Assembly (NCBI GenBank): GCA_963668315.1
Contig: OY764216.1
Location: 352,001-416,000 of the forward strand
Length of the DNA: 64,000 bases
Reading direction: 5' to 3'
Source: Spirochaetia bacterium
GTDB lineage: Bacteria > Spirochaetota > Spirochaetia > DSM-2461
Positions 8,866 through 16,187 of the stretch are shown piece after piece (within the stretch, counting starts at the first letter, position 1; each line of letters starts with the position of its first letter). The translations under genes and the position numbers were made by a program. The notes under the pieces were generated by a model. The model saw only the letters and a program-made list of their open reading frames with translations. It was not told where the DNA came from and made no database searches.

Positions 8866-10257
8866 ATGAATAAAAAGAAATCCAGCTTAATCCTCGCCAT
8901 TACAGGGGCTTTCTTCCTGGCCGGCTGCCCCGACGGAACATCGACCACGGAACAGCCGGAGCAGAACAATAGCGGCGAGATCACAGACATAACCGAGGAA
9001 AACATTAAAGATATGATTGTTCTTTTTCAGGAATGCACGGAGTGTAAAGAAGTTCATGACGATGCACTCGTCCCCGGTTCGGGAGTGGCCTACAATCAGA
9101 CGACAGAAACCCTTACTTACACCAGCTACGATATATCGGGGCTCTCCTTTAACACGACCGGATTCCAGACTCTCTCGGGAACCGTCTCCCTAAACGGCCC
9201 CGGAGGGGATCTGGCGTTCGACCTGACGGTTACGGGCGCCGTAACCTGGCATATTCAGTTTATCCTGGAAGACTCGAATCCCCTGACTGTCACCATTAAC
9301 GGCACGGTATATAAGATCGATTTTTACGTGGAAGAAGAACCGCAAGAGATGCCGGAGAACTGGTACAACGGTAACGAGGCCCATACGAGCTCGGTGGTTC
9401 ATACGCCCCGCTGGCCCGACGTAAGCCAAAGGATCAGCGTTCCCTCCGACAGCGCCTATTGCTCGGCTTCAAGCGGAGAAGCCCTGGTAGCAAGCGAAAC
9501 CCCCTACGCTGCGGATTTTTCCTACAACGGAAAATCCTACCCCTTCTCCTGCAAGGGATGGGCCGATGTCAATTCCTCCGGTCCGGGAAACGTCTCCATG
9601 CAAGCCGGCTCCCGGCTGAACGTGACGGGCATAAACTTTCTCAACGCCTCTTCGGACATGGAATACCAGGCCTTCGGAACGGCGTTCTATGACGCCTACT
9701 TCTCCGTCCTCTCGGACAATCCGGAAACAACCCGGGTAAAGATGACCTTCTCCGTTTCCTCCGGAGCGCACCTGACCTACTCCATTGACGAAACGAACCA
9801 TTACGCCACGTCCTTCACGTCCTTGACCGCCGACGCCGATATTTACAGAATGGCCTGGAGGAACAGAGAGACGGGCGGCTACTGGTGGGGACCGACGGAC
9901 CACATCGCCGGCGGGGGCTCCGGGGAAGCGGCCGGTTACGCCGTCATAGGATTTACCGATTATTACGGGGGGAGGGGCACGGGAATGTTTCAGGGGCAGA
10001 TAGAGGCCGACAGCGATGACGTCACCGTTACGGGAACGGAAGTCCTGACCTGCGTAATTACCCCCGAAACGGAAATGTTCAGCCTCAGCCTGAGCATCAT
10101 GGCCCGCTCGATTTCGGAATTCACGGGCATACACACCGGCCTGGAAGGGGAAGCCGTAGCAGTTTGCGAAAACGCCGAAATGTCCTACACCTATACAGCC
10201 GTCGATCCGGACCACCCCGATGCGAACATTACCGTAAAGTTCTACCCCGCCCCCTGA
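8866..10257 (+). CDS. Lipoprotein of unknown function (Thr/Ser-rich, beta-rich)
   Basis: 'MNKKKSSLILAITGAFFLAG|C' lipobox; AGGCGG RBS-like sequence before ATG 8866. Confidence 0.8.
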   Translation: MNKKKSSLILAITGAFFLAGCPDGTSTTEQPEQNNSGEITDITEENIKDMIVLFQECTECKEVHDDALVPGSGVAYNQTTETLTYTSYDISGLSFNTTGFQTLSGTVSLNGPGGDLAFDLTVTGAVTWHIQFILEDSNPLTVTINGTVYKIDFYVEEEPQEMPENWYNGNEAHTSSVVHTPRWPDVSQRISVPSDSAYCSASSGEALVASETPYAADFSYNGKSYPFSCKGWADVNSSGPGNVSMQAGSRLNVTGINFLNASSDMEYQAFGTAFYDAYFSVLSDNPETTRVKMTFSVSSGAHLTYSIDETNHYATSFTSLTADADIYRMAWRNRETGGYWWGPTDHIAGGGSGEAAGYAVIGFTDYYGGRGTGMFQGQIEADSDDVTVTGTEVLTCVITPETEMFSLSLSIMARSISEFTGIHTGLEGEAVAVCENAEMSYTYTAVDPDHPDANITVKFYPAP

Positions 10258-10266
10258 GAATTCCCC

Positions 10267-10300
10267 GGCGGGAGCCCCTCCTCCGGGTTCCCCGCCATTT
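10267..10300 (+). terminator. GC-rich hairpin after lipoprotein gene, probable terminator
   Basis: GGCGGGAGCCC...GGGTTCCCCGCC followed by a short ATTT tail. Confidence 0.5.
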
Positions 10301-10327
10301 GACACAACCCCCGGGAAATAATAAAAT
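10299..10327 (+). promoter_or_regulatory. Near-consensus sigma70 promoter TTGACA-17-TAAAAT
   Basis: TTGACA 10299-10304, TAAAAT 10322-10327; implies ATG 10338 start with a very short, SD-less leader. Confidence 0.75.
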
Positions 10328-10337
10328 GAACCTGCCT

Positions 10338-11519
10338 ATGAAAGACACCTCACACAAGGGTTTAACTGCGGGAATCGCCCGCTTCTTTTTTATTGTTCCC
10401 CTCCTGTTTCTCGCATCATGCGGGAGCGACAAATTCACCACCCTTGTGAGAAAGGACCTTTTTTCCCTCTCCCTGGGAGTAATGGAAGACGAACTGGACT
10501 ACTATTTCCAGGAAGACCACTTCCTCCCCGGCCGGGGAGATCTCTTCATGAGCGACGGTCTTTTTTATATCAGTTCCTCTTCGATGAGTAAAATCATGGG
10601 TTTCAATTCCTATGGCGACCTCCTGTTCCTTCTCATGGACGATACGAAGAACCCCCCTCCCGAACTGGGAGAAAACGGACGGAATTCCAATAAGCAGTAT
10701 GCCTCCTGGCCTTTCCGCGAAATCGGTCAGATTGCCCTGAACGGAGACACCTTCCTGGTGGAAGACCAGGTCTCCGAAGATAAAAGGGTGTACGATAACG
10801 ACCTTGAATCGCTCTGCTCCCGCATCGTCCTCCGTTTCGACAGAGACGGGAACTACCTGGATTTCCTGGGAAAGGAAGGGATCGGCGGCACGCCGTTCCC
10901 CTACATCAAAGACATTCGGGTAAGGAAAAACGGCGAGTTCCTCGTCCTGTGCCAGGTCAGTCTGGGACAGCAGGTCTTCTGGTACTCCTCCGAGGGCGAG
11001 CTCCTTTACCACATCATCATCGATAACGACAACCTTCCCATGTATGAAGAGGGCTACTGGGGATCTCTGGTCGGCCTGTCCTGCCACCCCGATCAGTATA
11101 AACTCTATATCCTGGCCGATTATTATCCCGATAACCTCGAACTGGTGGAGGACAATTCGGTCCGCCGCCTTTACACCCTTAATCTTGCCGACCAGAAATA
11201 TGACGGGGGCATACGGATCCCGGAAATGATCGTCAGGGCGGAGGGTCAGGAAATAAGATATATCTACGATCTTCTGGGAACAACCGACCAGGGCGTCCAC
11301 CTGCTGCTCTCCAAAACGGGTACGGCGGCCAACTCCCTCATAGCCATCAACGAAGAGGGAAAGATTCTCTTCAACCGGAGCCTGGAGCTTTTCGACAAAC
11401 CGGAACTCTTCACATCCTACTTTCTCTCCGACGAGGGGATGCTCATGGGGCTGACTTTTCTCAATACCGAGGCTCCCGTCTCCTGGTGGAGAAGCGATAA
11501 GCTCCTGAACAGGGACTGA
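10338..11519 (+). CDS. Spirochete lipoprotein (LIC_12708-like, probable beta-propeller)
   Basis: Lipobox 'LLFLAS|C'; 'LFSLSLG..EDELD', 'FNSYGDLL', 'FLGKEGIGGTPFPYI' recall this spirochete family (from memory). Confidence 0.7.
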   Translation: MKDTSHKGLTAGIARFFFIVPLLFLASCGSDKFTTLVRKDLFSLSLGVMEDELDYYFQEDHFLPGRGDLFMSDGLFYISSSSMSKIMGFNSYGDLLFLLMDDTKNPPPELGENGRNSNKQYASWPFREIGQIALNGDTFLVEDQVSEDKRVYDNDLESLCSRIVLRFDRDGNYLDFLGKEGIGGTPFPYIKDIRVRKNGEFLVLCQVSLGQQVFWYSSEGELLYHIIIDNDNLPMYEEGYWGSLVGLSCHPDQYKLYILADYYPDNLELVEDNSVRRLYTLNLADQKYDGGIRIPEMIVRAEGQEIRYIYDLLGTTDQGVHLLLSKTGTAANSLIAINEEGKILFNRSLELFDKPELFTSYFLSDEGMLMGLTFLNTEAPVSWWRSDKLLNRD

Positions 11520-11521
11520 CG

Positions 11522-12103
11522 GTGAGAAGGAAGAAGCAGCCCGATCCGGTAGACGACTATCTCAAGGCGGAAGGGTTCTTCTACGGCGAAAAAGCCAGAC
11601 GGGAGAGAGAGAGGAATCTCGGCCGCCCTCCGGTGAATACGGTCAGATACGAGCGCTCCGAAAGAAGCCGCCGCCTTGTCTACATGGATCTTATCATTAT
11701 CCTCATCATGATGGGCATCCTGATCCCCTTCGCTCAGAATTATCTGCAGAACCGGGAGAACTACTACGGATACAAGCTGGACTGGGATTACAATTTCGGG
11801 CGCGACCGGGTATACCACACCCTGACGATTAAAGCGCCCGCCGAAGAACCCGATGCGTCCCTGAACGGGGAAAATATAGTAGAAGCGGTTTTCACGGCAA
11901 CGGGAGGAGCGGATCAAACCCTGACGGATCTTCTCCCCTCCCCCGGCGGCGTCAGAATCCTGACGGCCGAAATCCCCCTGGAAAAACTTCCCGACTACGT
12001 CGGCTGTACCGTAAAACTGGGAGACAAGGAGAAGAGCTGGAAAGTCTATACGGGAAAAGTCCGCTACCTGCCCCCTCTCAAAAGACCGGGGGCAGAAGAA
12101 TAG
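11522..12103 (+). CDS. Hypothetical single-pass membrane protein
   Basis: GTG start 2 nt after upstream stop; basic N-terminus, one TM 'DLIIILIMMGILIPF', soluble C-terminus. Confidence 0.7.
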   Translation: MRRKKQPDPVDDYLKAEGFFYGEKARRERERNLGRPPVNTVRYERSERSRRLVYMDLIIILIMMGILIPFAQNYLQNRENYYGYKLDWDYNFGRDRVYHTLTIKAPAEEPDASLNGENIVEAVFTATGGADQTLTDLLPSPGGVRILTAEIPLEKLPDYVGCTVKLGDKEKSWKVYTGKVRYLPPLKRPGAEE

Positions 12104-12120
12104 AAAAGAGGTTCCTTCTC

Positions 12121-12149
12121 TTGTTTGCTTAGGCCGAATTGTTTATATT
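12121..12149 (+). promoter_or_regulatory. Predicted leaderless promoter TTGTTT-17-TATATT
   Basis: -10 at 12144-12149, ATG 12157 follows after 7 nt; no SD. Confidence 0.5.
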
Positions 12150-12156
12150 AAAATTT

Positions 12157-14559
12157 ATGATTCATCACAAAGAACTGAAACCGGAAGAACTCCGGATAAA
12201 TATCGATCTTTCAGAAAGTATATCAGAAGATTACAGCGACAACAGCTGGGGCGTCATAGGTCAGCCCCGGGCCGTACAGGCCCTGGAAATGGGGCTCTCC
12301 ATAAATGCCAAGGGCTATAATATTTTCGTAACCGGCGAGAGCGGTACAGGCCGCTACACCGCGGTCATGGAGATACTCAAAAAATACAAAGAGAAAAAAG
12401 AACCTCTGGAAGATGTGGCCTATGTCTTCAACTTCGACAAACCGGAAAATCCCCGGGTGATGTATTTTCCCGAGGGTCAGGCCCGTCTTTTCAGGGATAC
12501 CCTGACCTCCCTGGTCGAGCGGATGAAACTGCTCATAGGGGAGAAGCTTAAAAGTGTCGCCTATACCGAGAAAAGAGATAATCTGATCGGAGAAACGGAA
12601 AAAAACGAGAACCGTCAACTGAAAGAGTTCGAAGATGTTCTCGCCAAAGCCGGTTTCTGCACGGTTCAGCTGGGAAATGAAGACGACGGGGATGACCTTT
12701 CTGCCGATCTGGTTCCGGTCTACAAGGACGAGCCCCTGACCTTTGACGAGCTGCACGACCTTATCGGCCAGGAAGGGGAGGAAGGAGAGGAAGTCACCGA
12801 AGAGTTCTGGATGAAAAAGCGGGAGATCTACTTCGGCCTGGTGGACAGGATGAAGGGACTTTACGAAAAACTCCAGAAAGCCCGCCGGACGCTCCAGGAG
12901 AATCTGGAAGAGCTTCAGTCCGAACTGATCGGCCCGGCCCTCAAGCACGAAATGGACATGATCCGTCTGGACTGGAAGGGTGAACAGTACGGCACCTATC
13001 TGAACGGCATGGAAAAGGATATCCTCGCCAACCTCGACATTTTCACCCTGGACGAGGAGGAGGATGAGGAGGAATTGACCGAGGAACTCCGCCGTTACTC
13101 CCTCAATATCATCGTGGACAACAGCAAAACGAAGGAGAGGCCGGTGATCAGGGAAACCAATCCGACCCGCTCCAATCTGTTCGGAACCATCGAGGCCCGT
13201 ACGGAAATTTCCGGCGACACCAAAACCAACTTCACCATGATCCGGGCGGGCTCTCTCCTCAAGGCACGGGGAGGCGTCATCATCCTCCGCGCCGATGACC
13301 TGATTCAGCAGGACAGCGTCTGGAACGATATCAAACGGGTCATCGATACGGGGCAGATAGAACTGGAACTTCCCCCCAATCCGCTCGGGCCTCCCACCGC
13401 GGGAATGAAACCTGAGCCGGTGAACTTCAATACCAAGATCATTCTCATCGGCCAGGAGCGCCTCTACGATATCCTTTCCGCCATAGACGGGGACCTGAGA
13501 AAGTACTTCAAGATACCCGCCGAATTCAATTCCTGGATGCCCCGGTCTGATAAGACGACCGAGGAGTATGTCCGCTTTATCCGCTCCTTCGTGGAAAAAT
13601 ACGGTCTCTGCGAAGTGACGGTTAACGGCCTAAAGGAGATTATCCGCTATGGAATCCTGCTGGCTGAACGGCAGGATCAGCTCTCGACGCGGTTCTCCCT
13701 CATCTCGGATCTGATACGGGAAGCCGACTACTGGGCCAAACAGAACGGCAAGGATAAAATCGACGGAGAAGCGGTTCAGAAAGCTATGGAGTGCCGTCAG
13801 TACCTCTACGATCTCCCTGAGGAAACCATGCTGGAACAGGTGGAAAAGGGAACCCTTCTCATCAGCGTGGAAGGGAAAGAGATCGGTTCGGTGAACGGAC
13901 TGGCCGTTCTGGAAAGGGGAAATTTTTTCTCCTTCGGCTGCACCATGAAAATTACCGCCACCGTGGGAGCCGGTAAAGAGGGAATAATCAACATAGAGAG
14001 GGAAGCCGGCCTTTCCGGAGACATACACAGCAAGGGTATACTTATTCTCGAAGGATACCTCCGGAACCGTTATGCCCGGAATCTGCCCCTCTCCCTGTAT
14101 GCGGGAATCTGCGTGGAACAGAACTATTACGAAATTGAGGGCGACTCGGCCTCTTCTACGGAGCTCTACGCCCTCCTCTCAGCCATCGCCGGAGTTCCCC
14201 TGCGCCAGGACATGGCGGTAACCGGATCGGTGAATCAGTTCGGCGTGATTCAGCCCGTCGGGGGAGTCACCGAGAAAGTGGAAGGGTTCTTCCGGATCTG
14301 CTGCCTCAAAGGTCTGTCGGGAGAACAGGGAGTGATTATCCCCAAACAGAACGTGGAGAATCTGCTGCCTTCGGAAGAGCTTCTGCAGGCCATTGAGAAG
14401 GGGATTTTCCATATCTATCCTGTTACGACAATAGACGAGGGAATGGAGATTCTCACCGGTTATCCTTCGGGCTCTCCCGACAACGGCAAAAGGAAAAACA
14501 GGGGATCGCTTTACGAATTAATCCGGGAGGAACTTATCCATCTGAACAAAATTTCCTGA
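12157..14559 (+). CDS. LonC-type (S16 family, AAA_32) Lon-like protease
   Basis: 'GQPRAVQAL', degenerate P-loop GESGTGR, coiled-coil insert, 'GDSAS' catalytic Ser and 'GGVTEK' Lys dyad. Confidence 0.9.
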   Translation: MIHHKELKPEELRINIDLSESISEDYSDNSWGVIGQPRAVQALEMGLSINAKGYNIFVTGESGTGRYTAVMEILKKYKEKKEPLEDVAYVFNFDKPENPRVMYFPEGQARLFRDTLTSLVERMKLLIGEKLKSVAYTEKRDNLIGETEKNENRQLKEFEDVLAKAGFCTVQLGNEDDGDDLSADLVPVYKDEPLTFDELHDLIGQEGEEGEEVTEEFWMKKREIYFGLVDRMKGLYEKLQKARRTLQENLEELQSELIGPALKHEMDMIRLDWKGEQYGTYLNGMEKDILANLDIFTLDEEEDEEELTEELRRYSLNIIVDNSKTKERPVIRETNPTRSNLFGTIEARTEISGDTKTNFTMIRAGSLLKARGGVIILRADDLIQQDSVWNDIKRVIDTGQIELELPPNPLGPPTAGMKPEPVNFNTKIILIGQERLYDILSAIDGDLRKYFKIPAEFNSWMPRSDKTTEEYVRFIRSFVEKYGLCEVTVNGLKEIIRYGILLAERQDQLSTRFSLISDLIREADYWAKQNGKDKIDGEAVQKAMECRQYLYDLPEETMLEQVEKGTLLISVEGKEIGSVNGLAVLERGNFFSFGCTMKITATVGAGKEGIINIEREAGLSGDIHSKGILILEGYLRNRYARNLPLSLYAGICVEQNYYEIEGDSASSTELYALLSAIAGVPLRQDMAVTGSVNQFGVIQPVGGVTEKVEGFFRICCLKGLSGEQGVIIPKQNVENLLPSEELLQAIEKGIFHIYPVTTIDEGMEILTGYPSGSPDNGKRKNRGSLYELIREELIHLNKIS

Positions 14560-14644
14560 TTTTATTTTTTCCTCTTTAATTTTGGTATATATTATACTAT
14601 TATTAAACCTGATTATTAAGATAGAATAAAGTTCGGAGACATAC

Positions 14645-16126
14645 ATGCCAGCTGCTCAATTACACGAAAAAGTCAAGAAAGCGATAAGACTCTCTTTTCC
14701 TCTTACCATAACATCTTACAAGCTCCCCCGGGAGACGGAGGAGCAGCTGGAAGAAATACTGGGGATGTATCTGAGAGAATTGGGTCTTGAGGATTACAAG
14801 GATCCTCTGGCTTACTGCATGAAAGAGCTGGCGGTAAACGCGAAAAAAGCCAACACCAAGCGGGTCTATTTCGAAGAGAGAGATCTGGACATAGGCGACA
14901 AGATCGATTACCAGAGAGGGATGGTGGACTTCAAAGAGGAAACCCTGAGCAATCTGGACCACTACCTTACTCTACAGAAAGAGAAAGGGTACTATATCAA
15001 GTTTACCTTCACCGTCGCCGGCGGCATGTTCAAACTGACCATCAGGAATAATGTGGAAATCAACCGGACCGAGCAGATGAGAGTGTACGACAGAATCGCC
15101 CGGGCCCGGGCCTTCAACTCTCTGGAAGAGGCCTTCGCCGAAGTTCTCGACGATTCGGAAGGAGCCGGACTGGGTATCGTCATACTGGTCCTCATGCTCA
15201 AAAAGATGGGCTTTGACGAGGAAGCCTTCGAAATCGACGGAGAGGGGGGCGAAACCGTCGCTTCGCTGCTCATTCCTCTGACGGGCGAGCGCTACTCCGC
15301 TCTGGACACCATTGTTGACGAAATCGTCGGCGCCATAGACAAACTGCCCCAGTTCCCTGAAAACATAACGGAAGTGCAGCGCCTTATCAATGATCCCGAT
15401 TCTGAGATAGAAGATATCGCCCGTCGCATCAATTCCGACCCGGCTCTGGCGGCGGACCTTCTCAAAACCGTCAATTCCGCCCAGTTTATGCTGCCCAACA
15501 GGGTCAGCAATATTCCCGATGCGGTCATGCTCCTGGGATTCCGGGGAATAAAGAATATGCTCTACTCCTACGGAACGGAGAAAATCCTCAATATATCCGA
15601 TCATGAGAGCTATATGTGGGACCATGCCCACCGGGTGGGATTTTACGCCTACACCCTGGCCCGTAACATTACCAAGAAAAAAGATGTCATTGACGACGCC
15701 TACCTGGGAGGAATTCTCCACGACATAGGATTGATAGTCCTTCAGGGAATCCGTCCGGAGCTGATCGAGCATATCCGTGACTTCTCCGTGGAAAAAGGCC
15801 TTTCCGCCCAGCTACTGGAAGATATGGCCGCCGGATACAACCATTCGGAAGTGGGATCGCGGATCGCGGAAAAATGGAATTTTCCCCCCTCCCTGGTGGA
15901 TGCGATCAGATACCATCATGTTCCCCTCCAGTGCCGTTCACAGAACAAGGCCGTTGTCTACTGCATATACCTGGCGAACTGCCTGGCCAACATAGAGACG
16001 GGCTCCTACTCCTTTGAACAGCTGGAGAAAAAGATTCTGGATCTGTTCAAAATAAGCAATGAAAGCCGGTTTACCGAACTGCTGAATCGCCTGTCTGCCG
16101 ATTATGAAGCGGAAAGAAAACTCTAA
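14645..16126 (+). CDS. HDOD domain protein with N-terminal HATPase_c-like domain
   Basis: N-terminal 'KELAVNA..N', 'GAGLG'; C-terminal 'LPQFP', 'DPALAADLLKTVNSA', 'LHDIG', 'HSEVG..IAEKWNFP', 'RYHH'. Confidence 0.85.
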   Translation: MPAAQLHEKVKKAIRLSFPLTITSYKLPRETEEQLEEILGMYLRELGLEDYKDPLAYCMKELAVNAKKANTKRVYFEERDLDIGDKIDYQRGMVDFKEETLSNLDHYLTLQKEKGYYIKFTFTVAGGMFKLTIRNNVEINRTEQMRVYDRIARARAFNSLEEAFAEVLDDSEGAGLGIVILVLMLKKMGFDEEAFEIDGEGGETVASLLIPLTGERYSALDTIVDEIVGAIDKLPQFPENITEVQRLINDPDSEIEDIARRINSDPALAADLLKTVNSAQFMLPNRVSNIPDAVMLLGFRGIKNMLYSYGTEKILNISDHESYMWDHAHRVGFYAYTLARNITKKKDVIDDAYLGGILHDIGLIVLQGIRPELIEHIRDFSVEKGLSAQLLEDMAAGYNHSEVGSRIAEKWNFPPSLVDAIRYHHVPLQCRSQNKAVVYCIYLANCLANIETGSYSFEQLEKKILDLFKISNESRFTELLNRLSADYEAERKL

Positions 16127-16152
16127 AACTTATTCTTTCATGCCTCTTGGGT

Positions 16153-16181
16153 TTGAAAAAAAAACGGTTCTCCATTAAAGT
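16153..16181 (+). promoter_or_regulatory. Predicted leaderless promoter TTGAAA-17-TAAAGT
   Basis: -10 at 16176-16181, GTG 16188 follows after 6 nt; no SD. Confidence 0.55.
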
Positions 16182-16187
16182 TAATTT

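Noticed and set aside
9031..9060. CTECKEVH as a c-type heme-binding site
   Set aside because: The motif is CxxCK, not CxxCH, occurs once, and no cytochrome maturation genes are nearby.
10164..10337. Long N-terminal extensions in the ORF track (also 27089-27331, 32668-32703, 52184-52237, 62993-63040)
   Set aside because: They overlap upstream genes, terminators or promoters; downstream starts fit signal peptides, RBS or family N-termini.
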